From contig CBDCTA010000018.1 in the NCBI GenBank assembly GCA_965221955.1, forward strand, positions 96,001-160,000: a stretch of DNA of 64,000 nucleotides, given 5' to 3'. The notes below the pieces were generated by a model. It was not told the DNA's origin. It saw nothing but the letters and a program-made list of their open reading frames with translations, and made no database searches. A program made the translations under genes and the position numbers. Source of the stretch: Gammaproteobacteria bacterium (GTDB taxonomy: Bacteria > Pseudomonadota > Gammaproteobacteria > UBA4575). Positions within the stretch are counted from its first letter, which is position 1. Every line of letters begins with the position of its first letter. Shown one piece after another: positions 41,551 through 52,039 of the stretch.

Positions 41551-41865
41551 CTAACCAATCGCTTCATCTACCATTTTTTGTAATTCACCTTTCTCATGCA
41601 GGTCGAGCGTGATATCACAGCCACCTATAAGCTCACCTTTAATATAAAGCTGAGGAAAGGTAGGCCAGTCAGCATATCGAGGTAGATTTTCAAAAATTTC
41701 TGGGTCCATCAATACATTTACATAGGCAAATTCTTTTCCACACGACTTCAATGCTTCAGCCGTACGACTTGAAAATCCACACTGCGGCATTTGTGGTGTG
41801 CCCTTCATGTATAGAATGACGGAATTTGATTCAACTTGCTCTTTAATTCGATCCAATACATCCAT
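41551..41865 (-). CDS. grxD: Monothiol glutaredoxin Grx4
   Basis: YMKGTP..PQCGFS, WPTFPQL and GGCDI motifs. ATG 41865 is preferred as the start. Confidence 0.95.
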   Translation of the reverse strand: MDVLDRIKEQVESNSVILYMKGTPQMPQCGFSSRTAEALKSCGKEFAYVNVLMDPEIFENLPRYADWPTFPQLYIKGELIGGCDITLDLHEKGELQKMVDEAIG

Positions 41866-41919
41866 TTTCAAAGCTCCAAAATAACTCAATAATTTATGCA
41901 ATATTTTACTGCGCTACCA

Positions 41920-43707
41920 TTAAGTGGCAATAGCAGTATCCACATTGCGCTGCAACCATAGCTCTAATAAGGCTAAATGCCAAAGCTTACTACCTTGTAA
42001 AGGCGTCATGAACTCCTCAGGTTTATTTAATAGCTTATTCACATAATCTCTCTGAAATAACCCTCGCTGTCTACAAGCGTGAGAATTTAAAATATCCTGC
42101 ATGAAACATAAGAATTCTCCACGCACATATTTAAGCGCAGGAACTGGAAAGTAACCTTTTTTACGATCAATCACTTTATCGGGTAACAATCCTCGAGCAA
42201 TTTTTTTGAGCAAATACTTTCCAGAATTTTTAATTTTATATTCTGTTGGTATCTGCATCGCCAACTCTACTAATTCATGATCCAAAAAAGGCACTCGCGC
42301 CTCTAAACCAAATGCCATCGTCATGTTGTCCACGCGTTTTACAGGATCATCGACAATCAAAGTAGTCACATCCATATGTAATACCGCGGCTAAGAAATCT
42401 TGAGTGTCCGCCGCATCTAATAGTTGCGTCATTTTTTCTGTTGTAAAATCTTCTGCAATAAAATCAGTACTTAAAGTTTCTACAATTTCTGCATGACTAC
42501 GATCAAAATAATGTTTAGCAAAACTCTCAACTGAAAATTTATTTTCTGCCTGCATCTTCGGATACCAAAAGTAACCCCCGAATACTTCATCCGCACCTTG
42601 ACCAGACTGTACTACGGAAATATGTTGGCTGACTTGTTCGGCTAATAAATAAAATGCTACTGCATCTTGACCCACCATAGGTTCAGCCATTTGCTCAACA
42701 GCTTCAGGCAACCTTTTCATGACCTCTTCATTCTGAATATAGAACTTATGATGTTGTGTAGAAAACCTTTCTACTACGGCATCCGAATACTCAAACTCGT
42801 TACCTTGCTCTTCAGGTTGATCTTCAAAACCAACCGAATAAGTTCGTATATCGTTTACACCCGATTCTGCTAGCAAACCCACTAACAAACTTGAATCCAA
42901 ACCACCCGACAACAATACACCAACGGGCACATCTGCTATATGTAATCTTCGTTCAACTGCTAATCTTAATGCAGCATGTATTGCTTCAATCCATTCTTCC
43001 TCTGAATATTGTTGATCAATTCTATTTGCATGTAGCTCCCAATAACGTTGGGTAACTACCTTGCCATGTTTATTTACTACTATGTAATGAGCAGGCGGAA
43101 CCTTACGAATACCTTTGAGGATTGTGGTTGGTGCAGGCACTACAGCATGCAAGGTTAAATGATGATGCAATCCGACAGAATCAAACTCTGTATTCACTCC
43201 TCCTGCTGCCAGCAATGCCTGCGAATTAGATGCAAATCGAAAATAATTTTTATGTTGTGAATAATAAAGTGGCTTAATGCCTAAACGGTCACGCGCTAAA
43301 AAAAGTTCTTGTTTGCTTTCATCCCATATTGCAAACGCAAACATACCAATCAACTTCGCAACACAGTCGTTCCCCCACTCTGCATAGGCCTTGAGAATAA
43401 CTTCAGTATCACCGGTTGAACGAAAATGGTGGCCTTTGTGTAAAAGTTTTTCGCGCAACTCGGGATAATTATAAATCGTGCCGTTAAATACAATGGTTAA
43501 TTTATTTGCCTCATCATGCATAGGTTGATTCGCATTTTCAGACAAATCTATTATCGACAAACGTCTATGCCCAAATCCGATTGATTTAGAAAGATAGATT
43601 CCTTCATTATCAGGCCCACGCCTTTGCAACGGCACAAGCATTCGTTGCAATACTTGTTTACTAGCAGTGGTTTGATCCAAGCGCAATTCACCGCATATTC
43701 CACACAT
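41920..43707 (-). CDS. Asparagine synthase-family amidotransferase, NAGGN (N-acetylglutaminylglutamine amide)-type
   Basis: N-terminal Ntn Cys (MCGICG) and SGGLDSS; GQGADEVFGGYFWY and VDDPVKRVDNMTMA recalled as typical of the NAGGN-type subfamily. Confidence 0.8.
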   Translation of the reverse strand: MCGICGELRLDQTTASKQVLQRMLVPLQRRGPDNEGIYLSKSIGFGHRRLSIIDLSENANQPMHDEANKLTIVFNGTIYNYPELREKLLHKGHHFRSTGDTEVILKAYAEWGNDCVAKLIGMFAFAIWDESKQELFLARDRLGIKPLYYSQHKNYFRFASNSQALLAAGGVNTEFDSVGLHHHLTLHAVVPAPTTILKGIRKVPPAHYIVVNKHGKVVTQRYWELHANRIDQQYSEEEWIEAIHAALRLAVERRLHIADVPVGVLLSGGLDSSLLVGLLAESGVNDIRTYSVGFEDQPEEQGNEFEYSDAVVERFSTQHHKFYIQNEEVMKRLPEAVEQMAEPMVGQDAVAFYLLAEQVSQHISVVQSGQGADEVFGGYFWYPKMQAENKFSVESFAKHYFDRSHAEIVETLSTDFIAEDFTTEKMTQLLDAADTQDFLAAVLHMDVTTLIVDDPVKRVDNMTMAFGLEARVPFLDHELVELAMQIPTEYKIKNSGKYLLKKIARGLLPDKVIDRKKGYFPVPALKYVRGEFLCFMQDILNSHACRQRGLFQRDYVNKLLNKPEEFMTPLQGSKLWHLALLELWLQRNVDTAIAT

Positions 43708-43862
43708 TATTACTTCCCTGAACTAAGTTATTTTTTTAACTTGTGAATGCCCGCATATTTTTTCATCAATAAAGTATTACTATTAATGTACTAACAACAG
43801 ATAAACCAAATGAAAATTAGATTGTATTACACTTTAGTTCTTAAAAATATTGCATAGAAGTT

Positions 43863-45026
43863 GTGAAAATTATTGCTAGCTGGTCAAATTCAATATCCAA
43901 CATCCCAAAAAAAGACTGGAACGCGCTTAAAAGCAAAAACGCGCTTTCAAGCTGGGGCTGGTTGCGTACGATTGAGGAGACAGCCTCTCAAAATTGGAGG
44001 CTTTTATACTTACTTCTACATGACGACAATAACCAGCTAATCGGTGCAGCTATATGCCAAACGATTAACCAATCTACTGATGACCGCATGGATGCTCTCA
44101 TTTTTGGGCGACTACAAAGATTAGCGAGGCATTCTCATCTTTCAATGGCTCCTGCCTTGGCTTGCGGATCTTGTGGCACATATGGAGTACATTTACTTAC
44201 TTACTCTGCTATCTCATCAAATAAACAGTACATTATAGAAAATTATTTACTTGACTCGATTGAATCCAAAGCACGCGAATTGAAATTACCACTCGCTTTT
44301 GTGCATGTACTGGAATCTCAGCAAAACCTGATTGAAAAACTTAAAAAACGTAAATTTATCGGCACATCTATCCCACCAATGACTCAACTTGATGTTACTT
44401 GGAAAGAGTTTTCAGGTTACGAATTACATACTAAAAATATTTCTCTTAATTCTTTCAAAATGATTAGAAAAGAACGTAACCGAAATAAACACGAAGGAGT
44501 AGTCATTGAAGTTTTAAATGACGTTGAACAGCATCAAGAACGTTTAATTGAACTACTTAATATGACCACCCTTAAATATAGTGGCGTACCTTTTTGGTAT
44601 AAAGATAATTTCTTTTCTAAATTAAAAGAAAATCTTGCCAATGAAGCTGTTATCTTTGCTGCGTGGAAACAAAATAAATTGGTTGGTGTCTGCGTATTAT
44701 TATGTAGTACTGACGAGGGGTTTTTAACAGAAATAGGGGTTGATCATGAATTCTGTGGAAATGATTTTACCTATTTCAACATCGCTTACTATACTCCAAT
44801 TGAATGGGCTATAAATAACAATTTAAGAAAACTTCATCTTGATAACGCACTACAAGAATTAAAACTTCGCCGCGGTTTTTATCTCGTAAATGATTATTTT
44901 TACTATAAACCGAATAGTCTTATCTGTCGTTATACAGTACGTTGGTTATTTAATTTACACACTAGATGGTTTCAGTATAAGCATGCTCATTTGAAACGTT
45001 GGCATAGTCTTGGACAAAAGACTTGA
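43863..45026 (+). CDS. FemAB-like double-GNAT protein (paralog 1)
   Basis: SISNIPKKDWNAL, WLRTIE, GVDHE and FTYFNIAYY..IEWA...LKLRRG motifs; paralogous to 52040 and 53263. Confidence 0.75.
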   Translation: MKIIASWSNSISNIPKKDWNALKSKNALSSWGWLRTIEETASQNWRLLYLLLHDDNNQLIGAAICQTINQSTDDRMDALIFGRLQRLARHSHLSMAPALACGSCGTYGVHLLTYSAISSNKQYIIENYLLDSIESKARELKLPLAFVHVLESQQNLIEKLKKRKFIGTSIPPMTQLDVTWKEFSGYELHTKNISLNSFKMIRKERNRNKHEGVVIEVLNDVEQHQERLIELLNMTTLKYSGVPFWYKDNFFSKLKENLANEAVIFAAWKQNKLVGVCVLLCSTDEGFLTEIGVDHEFCGNDFTYFNIAYYTPIEWAINNNLRKLHLDNALQELKLRRGFYLVNDYFYYKPNSLICRYTVRWLFNLHTRWFQYKHAHLKRWHSLGQKT

Positions 45027-46278
45027 ATTTTCCTGCAGCTCCACGTTCAATACGGTTTACGTGCTTTACAAGAATAGTTGCTTTAGGAAACTCTACATGC
45101 AATGCTGATTTAATAGAGTTTTGCAACTCTAAACTAAACTTATTTTTTGGCACTACACAAACTTCAAATTCATTAATATTTATTTGTCTAACTTGAAACT
45201 CACGTATTTGATCAGCCAAAGCATCAAATACGCCAATAAAAGCGGTGGGTGATTTCAGACTACCATCATCACATATAGCAAAGTCCACCAATCTACCCGA
45301 CAAATTATTCATAAGTAAAAATGTTCTACCACAAGAACATTGCTTTAAATTACAACTGCCTATGTCACCGATTCGATATCGAATAAATGGCATGGTTAAA
45401 TTATTTAGTATGGTAAAAGTGAGCTCGCCTTTTTCTCCTGGTGGCAGCGGATTCTGATCTTGATCAAGAAATTCAATTAACACACAATCTTCTGCAACGT
45501 GATAGCCACTATGTTCTTTACATTCGTATGCTATATTACCCGCCTCATAGGTACCATAAACATCAATTACATCAGCAGAAAATGCTTTTCTTATTAGGTT
45601 ACGTGTCCCTAACGAGAGCATTTCAGAATCAGTGAAAACAAGCTTAGGCTTAGATATTTCTATTTTCTGGTCAATAATTTCCTGTGCAATTAGCCCTAAT
45701 TCTGAACCATATCCTTGAATAATTTTTGGACGTATTTTATTTATTAGTTCTATTTGCCTAAGCGTGTTTGAATTTGCATAGCAAAATGTTTCTTTTAATA
45801 TTCCAATTTTTTGTATCAAAGATTGTTGTACTCCCGACTCACTACAAAAACGCAAAACATGATCAGTAATTTTCCTGCCATTAGTCAAATATGGTCTTAA
45901 ATATTGAGCCTTGCGAAATTGGTTATATTCGTGATCCACAAAAAATTCCAATGACAAGCCACTTGACCCAGAAGTTTTGATAGATTTCAGCAGCTCGATT
46001 TGGCTATTTTTATCTAAGTAACTTGAAATATTTTCTGTGTGATAATCTTTTTTTGAGATTGTCGGAAAATACTTTAAATCATTTATCGTTTGTATATCTG
46101 TAGGTTTAACCCCTGCCTGATCAAAAAGATGCTTATAAAACGGGACGTTTTGATACGCATGACTTACAAGGTAACGCAATCTATTCAACTGGTACGCAAG
46201 GATAAACTTTCTTGATTTTCTTTCATTTCGCATCAGTCTATAAAGATGCGAGTATTTATTTTTTATCGGCGAGATCAC
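44962..46278 (-). CDS. CapK/phenylacetate-CoA ligase-like adenylate-forming enzyme
   Basis: VPFYK, TSGSSG, YGTYE, MPFIRYRIGD, CSCGR and AAGKFK motifs. Confidence 0.87.
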   Translation of the reverse strand: MISPIKNKYSHLYRLMRNERKSRKFILAYQLNRLRYLVSHAYQNVPFYKHLFDQAGVKPTDIQTINDLKYFPTISKKDYHTENISSYLDKNSQIELLKSIKTSGSSGLSLEFFVDHEYNQFRKAQYLRPYLTNGRKITDHVLRFCSESGVQQSLIQKIGILKETFCYANSNTLRQIELINKIRPKIIQGYGSELGLIAQEIIDQKIEISKPKLVFTDSEMLSLGTRNLIRKAFSADVIDVYGTYEAGNIAYECKEHSGYHVAEDCVLIEFLDQDQNPLPPGEKGELTFTILNNLTMPFIRYRIGDIGSCNLKQCSCGRTFLLMNNLSGRLVDFAICDDGSLKSPTAFIGVFDALADQIREFQVRQININEFEVCVVPKNKFSLELQNSIKSALHVEFPKATILVKHVNRIERGAAGKFKSFVQDYANVSNEHAYTETI

Positions 46279-46339
46279 GAATATAGATTACAAAAATAAA
46301 TTTAAGATCATCAAAACAAATATTAATTTTCACTTATCT

Positions 46340-48229
46340 TTAGTTCACGTCTATGAAATTTCGAAACCAAATTTCCATAGATAACATCCTCCATCCTACC
46401 TCCACATATCTACGCACGTATTTCTGACCAATATATTTTGAAGCAAACAAGGTATGTAATTTATTTTTGTCGAGTATGCCGCGCTGTAAACATTTAGTAG
46501 ATAATAATATTTCACTTAGCATTTTATAATTAGACTCTGAAGACAACCATTGCCCATAAGGCGCAGGAAAACCTAATTTTACTTTTCTGCGTATAATTTT
46601 TTTTGGCAAATCGTCAATCAATGCTTCTCTAAGTATTCTCTTTGTCCATCCATTACTGATTTTTTGTTCACTTGGTAACGCAAAACAGAATTCCACCAAT
46701 CTATGATCAAGAAATGGAGCACGAGACTCTACTGAAAATGCCATGCTTGCGGCATCACATCCATGCAAACTTTCGGGTAAGCCTGCATAAGAAAAGTCAT
46801 GCCACAATGCATTATCTAGTCTGTTCAAAAAAGGCTTATGAATATCATTAGATAGCTTAGCACCTCTTTTTTTCAACAAACTAACTTCACCAAATTGATT
46901 TCTAAATTCTCTAGTAGCGCACTGCTTCCACGGATATGTTGGTAATAGTTTTTTTGTAGAATTTAATAGCGTTGTAATGAAATAATTATTTTTATAACCA
47001 CCTATTGCATTTAGTTGGTTTATTTCTTGCACCAATTTCTTGAGTCGATTCCATTGTTTTTTTTGCTTAATTTCATGCAAACTATCTAACAAATATGGTG
47101 TAACAAAAAAACTGTAGCCCGCTAAAAGCTCGTCACTTCCTGTTCCTTCCAACATTACTCTTACATCTTGGCTCGCTTGCCTCATGACCGCCCAATGAGG
47201 AAGCCTCCCACGTATTGCTGTAGGCGCATCATGATGCCAGACAATCTCTTGAATTAAATCAATCGTATTTTTTGCATCTGGCTCAACCCAATGAATTTCG
47301 CATTTTGCTTTATCTGCAACGATACTTGCGTAACCACTTTCGTCATATGGCTGACCTAAATAACGCAGAGAATAACAATCAGGATGCACATCTTCATTCG
47401 CCGCCAATCTAACAATTGCTGACGAATCAAGACCGCCACTTAAAGCAGCACCTAAAGGAACATCACTACGCAATCGCAAACGAGTTGCATCTCTCAATAG
47501 TTCCTTAAATAAATCAACATTCTCTTCAATAGCTAAGGTATTAACATCAGAACCAATTTCCCAATATTTTTGCTTATCCACCCCACCATTCTCAGCAAAA
47601 GTCATATAGGTAGCTGGAGATACGGTTTTAATGTTTGCAAAAAAAGTTTGCTCCCCGACGTCTGGAGACCCTCCCATTAAGTAAGAATGAATTTCTTCAA
47701 AATTAGCTTGTTTTTCTTCTGGAAAAGCTGCAAGTATTGCTTTTGCTTCTGATGAAAAAACTATTCTATTCCCTAAAATAGAATAATACAGCGGCTTAAT
47801 ACCAAAGCGGTCTCTACACAGAGTCAGTTTTTTATTCGCTAAATCCCATATTGCTAAGGCCCACATTCCATTAAACTTACTAAATGCTAACGTGCCCCAA
47901 CATTTGAATGCATTTAATACAACTTCAGTATCACCACTTGTTCGAAATAAATAGCCTAATGTTATTAGCTCAGCACGAAGCTCTTTATAATTATGCACTT
48001 CACCGTTGTAACTTATAATGAATTTACTATCATCATCAACCATTGGCTGTAATGACAATTCAGATACATCAATAATACTGAGACGTGTATGCCCTATTCC
48101 AATAGCACCATCTCGCCAAATATCTTGACCATCTGGCCCCCGATGCTTAATAGAATCAAGCATGTTAGTCAATGCATTTTCATCAACTTGCTGGCCATCA
48201 CGCAACCATATTCCCGCGATTCCACACAT
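46340..48229 (-). CDS. asnB: Asparagine synthetase (glutamine-hydrolysing)-family amidotransferase
   Basis: MCGIAG, HRGPD, RLSIID, YNGEVHN, RDRFGIKPLYY, LSGGLDSS, G.GSDELLAGY and VESRAPFLDH motifs. Confidence 0.9.
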   Translation of the reverse strand: MCGIAGIWLRDGQQVDENALTNMLDSIKHRGPDGQDIWRDGAIGIGHTRLSIIDVSELSLQPMVDDDSKFIISYNGEVHNYKELRAELITLGYLFRTSGDTEVVLNAFKCWGTLAFSKFNGMWALAIWDLANKKLTLCRDRFGIKPLYYSILGNRIVFSSEAKAILAAFPEEKQANFEEIHSYLMGGSPDVGEQTFFANIKTVSPATYMTFAENGGVDKQKYWEIGSDVNTLAIEENVDLFKELLRDATRLRLRSDVPLGAALSGGLDSSAIVRLAANEDVHPDCYSLRYLGQPYDESGYASIVADKAKCEIHWVEPDAKNTIDLIQEIVWHHDAPTAIRGRLPHWAVMRQASQDVRVMLEGTGSDELLAGYSFFVTPYLLDSLHEIKQKKQWNRLKKLVQEINQLNAIGGYKNNYFITTLLNSTKKLLPTYPWKQCATREFRNQFGEVSLLKKRGAKLSNDIHKPFLNRLDNALWHDFSYAGLPESLHGCDAASMAFSVESRAPFLDHRLVEFCFALPSEQKISNGWTKRILREALIDDLPKKIIRRKVKLGFPAPYGQWLSSESNYKMLSEILLSTKCLQRGILDKNKLHTLFASKYIGQKYVRRYVEVGWRMLSMEIWFRNFIDVN

Positions 48230-48409
48230 CTGTAATATTGTTTTTTGGTAAATTCTAATTGGCTTTATTCTTTATTAAAGTTTAGTCAATATATTAAATA
48301 AATACTTGATACAGTAGACATTATTAATTTATACACTAGTTAAAATATGAATTTCTCTTATTCATTTACCACCCATAAATCTTCTGTCAATTCTTAATAA
48401 CTTATTGCA

Positions 48410-49396
48410 ATGAATATATGCATCATAGGCAGCGGATCGATAGGCGGTTTGATTGCTGCAAACCTAGCGCCCAGTGAAAATAAAATTACTGTGTTTGATA
48501 AAGGCGAACATTACGAGGCAATCAAAAATTATGGCCTGAAACTACAACAATTAAATGGAAAGACTGTTTGTATTGATAATTTAGATGTCATTGACAGTCT
48601 AAATACATGCGAACAACAAGATATAATTTTCCTAGCTGTAAAAGCACATCAAATTCGCTCTATTTGCAAAGAAATTCCAAATCTCTTACACGAAAATTCA
48701 ACGTTAGTAACACTACAAAATGGAATTCCATGGTGGTTTTTTCAAAACTATAATGGGAAATTTGATAACCATATACTTAAAACCGTAGACCCTGAAAGCT
48801 CAATTAACGAAAATATTCCAAGCAAGTATGTAATTGGTTGCGTATCTTATCCTGCAGCCGAAATAATCTCTCCAGGATTGATAAAACATATTGAGGGAGT
48901 TCGATTTCCAGTTGGCGAACTAGACGGAACTATTTCCGAAAGGTCAAAATCAGTTTCTACGCTACTTATTAATGCAGGTTTTAAATCACCCATTTTAGAA
49001 GATATCCGCAGCGAAATATGGTTAAAAGCTTGGGGCACACTCGCATTTAACCCTATAAGTGTCTTAACAAAGGCTACAATGTCTCAAATATGTAAATTTC
49101 AAGAGACAAGAGAAATTGTTATACAGTTAATGAAAGAATCTCGAAATATTGCTGAACAACTTGGCATTAAACTCCGAGTACCACTTGAACAACGCCTTAG
49201 AGGCGCAGAAAAAGTAGGTGAGCATAAAACGTCAATGCTACAAGATTTTGAGGCCAAGCGAACATTAGAGTTAGAGGCAACACTTGGCGCCATTATTGAA
49301 TTAGCAGAATTAACCCAAATTGATGTGCCCCACTTAAGAAGCTTATATGCAGTAACAAAACTAGCTGACGTTGTTAACCGTTCAGCATATTGTTGA
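48410..49396 (+). CDS. panE: 2-dehydropantoate 2-reductase (PanE/ApbA family)
   Basis: GSGSIGG, LAVKAH, LQNGIPWW, IWLKAWG...NP and TSMLQD...R.LE motifs. Confidence 0.85.
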   Translation: MNICIIGSGSIGGLIAANLAPSENKITVFDKGEHYEAIKNYGLKLQQLNGKTVCIDNLDVIDSLNTCEQQDIIFLAVKAHQIRSICKEIPNLLHENSTLVTLQNGIPWWFFQNYNGKFDNHILKTVDPESSINENIPSKYVIGCVSYPAAEIISPGLIKHIEGVRFPVGELDGTISERSKSVSTLLINAGFKSPILEDIRSEIWLKAWGTLAFNPISVLTKATMSQICKFQETREIVIQLMKESRNIAEQLGIKLRVPLEQRLRGAEKVGEHKTSMLQDFEAKRTLELEATLGAIIELAELTQIDVPHLRSLYAVTKLADVVNRSAYC

Positions 49397-49407
49397 CCTA
49401 TTTTTAT

Positions 49408-50850
49408 TTACTTCGAAGCTGCATTTGAACCAAATAAAATATTTTTTAAAAAAACTAAATCGTGATATTTAATCACACCAAAAGAAACCATACTCACGAT
49501 CAATGTTATAAAGATTATTACTAAACGCTCAAAAATTAATTGTTGAGAAAAAAACAGCCCTGCAAGAACGAGCATCACCGAAACACTTACCGGCTTCCAA
49601 ATAGAAGAAAATAAGTTTGTGAAATAGGACGTGTTTTTGAGCAATAAGCATAGTGCAATACTTAAAAATGCTTCAGAGAAAACCAATGAATACGCCAAAC
49701 CTATATGGCTCTTTATATATACTAAAGGTACAGCGACAACCACAAAAAACAACAGTGCCACTAATTTAACCTTTGATAAATCGGATTGATAATCTTCTGC
49801 AATCGCTAACATTATCAAATAAGAATTTAAGCCTCGAAATACAAGCACCCAAGAAACCACTTGGAAAACAGCAATAGACTTAACAAATTCTCCACCGAAT
49901 AGAAGAGTTATTATTTCTTTACTAAAAATAAATAATAATGCTGCTAAAGGAAGTGTAAAAATTAAAAGTAGGCGCAAACAACGCACTGCTAGCACAATCA
50001 TTGTCGATCGATCTTGTACTGCTAAGCGCGTCATTGCAGGGAATATTGCACCAACAAACATTACATGAAGCATTCCAGCTGCAACAACCAACCTTTCCGC
50101 CGAAGTAAAATAACCAACAGCTTCTTCTGAGTGCATAAATGTTAATAAAATAATACCTAGTCTTTCGTATAGAATGCTAATGATAATTAACGAGAAAAAA
50201 GGCCACGCATTAATAACAAGCTCTTTAATTTCACCAATGCTAAAATTAGTGATCAATGCTCCATATCTTTGCACTGAAACATAAACCAACCACACTAATA
50301 CAAATAATGCACAAACTGGAAAAACAGCAATAACAGCAACAGGTTCATGCAATTGCCATATCAAAATTAAACCGAAAATAACTCGTAATACTTGCCTAAC
50401 AATATCTGAATAAGCAACAAAACTCATTTCCTCACGCGCTTGAAAACGTGTGCAAAATAAACCCGTCCACTTAACAACAATATTATAAGCAACGATCAGC
50501 AATATCATGCTATAAAGTCTGTCGCTCATCGGAATGAGCTCACACACAATAAAAGCAATACAGAAAATACAAATTCCCGTTAAAACTTCGAATGGCGCTA
50601 AAGAACCGATTATTTTTTTTTCAACATTTAAATCTTGGCTCATACTTTTTAATGCCAAGGAATGTGTTCCCACACTTATAAAAATACTACTAAGTGCACC
50701 TATTGCCATAGCAAAGGAATAATCACCCAATGTTCCTGCTCCAAAAATACGTGCAAAGTAAACCACGAAAATAAAATTGACAATTTGCGCTACTCCTTGC
50801 CCGATTGTCATCACAAATGTATTGCGAAAAATTTTACGCTCAGTTTCCAT
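49408..50850 (-). CDS. Wzx/MOP-family oligosaccharide flippase
   Basis: Many TM helices; KIFRNT start, ARIFG...GDYSFA, AVGYFTSA.RL and AIFPAM motifs. Confidence 0.88.
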   Translation of the reverse strand: METERKIFRNTFVMTIGQGVAQIVNFIFVVYFARIFGAGTLGDYSFAMAIGALSSIFISVGTHSLALKSMSQDLNVEKKIIGSLAPFEVLTGICIFCIAFIVCELIPMSDRLYSMILLIVAYNIVVKWTGLFCTRFQAREEMSFVAYSDIVRQVLRVIFGLILIWQLHEPVAVIAVFPVCALFVLVWLVYVSVQRYGALITNFSIGEIKELVINAWPFFSLIIISILYERLGIILLTFMHSEEAVGYFTSAERLVVAAGMLHVMFVGAIFPAMTRLAVQDRSTMIVLAVRCLRLLLIFTLPLAALLFIFSKEIITLLFGGEFVKSIAVFQVVSWVLVFRGLNSYLIMLAIAEDYQSDLSKVKLVALLFFVVVAVPLVYIKSHIGLAYSLVFSEAFLSIALCLLLKNTSYFTNLFSSIWKPVSVSVMLVLAGLFFSQQLIFERLVIIFITLIVSMVSFGVIKYHDLVFLKNILFGSNAASK

Positions 50851-50867
50851 TGATCAATTTTCAATAA

Positions 50868-52004
50868 TTATCTTTGCAGTAGTTGAAGCAATATTTTTCC
50901 TATTAGTGGTCCAGGATCAGTTAATGCATAGGGGTTTCCGACACGCTTGCCTTTTAATTCTTTAATTGCGTTACGAATTATGGAAATTCGATTAGTTCGT
51001 TCTTTGCTTTCTCGAAAAACACTTCGTACGTATTGAGAAGGATTCCAATACTTAATGCCTTCGGCATAATCATTTTCGTCTTTTGGAACAATCTCTCTAC
51101 CAAGAGTTGCTTGACAAGTAAGCTCTGGTAAATCAATCCCACAACCGATTGGAAAGTTTACTGCACCTGAAAAACGTGCATTTATCTCAATAAGCTTCAT
51201 TTGCCCATCATTTGCATCCAGCTTAAACTCAATATCTGCAGGCCCTTTCCACTCTAACTTCTGAAACATTGGCAGAACCGACTCTAATAACTCAGGCATT
51301 CGTCTACTTACCGCCACAGCTGTAACTCCAGTTACAGGAGGACTTAAACGAAATTTTTGAAACACAAACTGACAAACAGGATTACTATTCGCATCAAACA
51401 CAACGTGCAATGCAAAATTATTTAAATCAGGACCTGGAACATATTCACATATAAAACATTCTCCATATTTTTCTACAGTATTCTGATAAACCTGTCTCAC
51501 ACAATTAATATCAGACACCATTTTAACACCTCCCCCACCTCCATAGTTTTTTCTCGACTTGATTACTACAGCCTCTAAAGTTTTATCCGCTAATTTATCT
51601 TCAGCAATTTCAATATGATCTATCAACCGTGAGTGCGGTACATTTAACTCATTACACAATTCTAAAAATTTAAACTTGTCTTCTACTTTATTATAAGAAG
51701 CATGAGATGGAAGCAGCACATTTGAAACCGACATGCACTTATCATTTGCCCTACATATTGCTTCAGCCCCTGCAATTGGTAAAATTACATCAGGCTGGTG
51801 ATTTTCAACTAATTTGCCAATCTCATTAATAAATTCGGGCGCATCTTCATGTGGTAATAACTCATAGCGCTCAACAAACCGGCTATGTAAGTTTAAAGGT
51901 AATTTGCGATCATCTGCTGCAATAACCTCATGACCATTTTTCACAAGCGCGCGTATAACTGCTAATGCGCAATTCCGAGTACAACTAGTAACTAGAATCT
52001 TCAA
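50868..52004 (-). CDS. ATP-grasp carboxylate-amine ligase
   Basis: ALAVIRAL, DK..F, VIKSRKNYGGGGGV, CEYVPG, DIEFKLD and LIEINARF motifs. Confidence 0.87.
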   Translation of the reverse strand: MKILVTSCTRNCALAVIRALVKNGHEVIAADDRKLPLNLHSRFVERYELLPHEDAPEFINEIGKLVENHQPDVILPIAGAEAICRANDKCMSVSNVLLPSHASYNKVEDKFKFLELCNELNVPHSRLIDHIEIAEDKLADKTLEAVVIKSRKNYGGGGGVKMVSDINCVRQVYQNTVEKYGECFICEYVPGPDLNNFALHVVFDANSNPVCQFVFQKFRLSPPVTGVTAVAVSRRMPELLESVLPMFQKLEWKGPADIEFKLDANDGQMKLIEINARFSGAVNFPIGCGIDLPELTCQATLGREIVPKDENDYAEGIKYWNPSQYVRSVFRESKERTNRISIIRNAIKELKGKRVGNPYALTDPGPLIGKILLQLLQR

Positions 52005-52039
52005 GATTAAATAATTTAAATTTTTTATAATTTTTCTGA

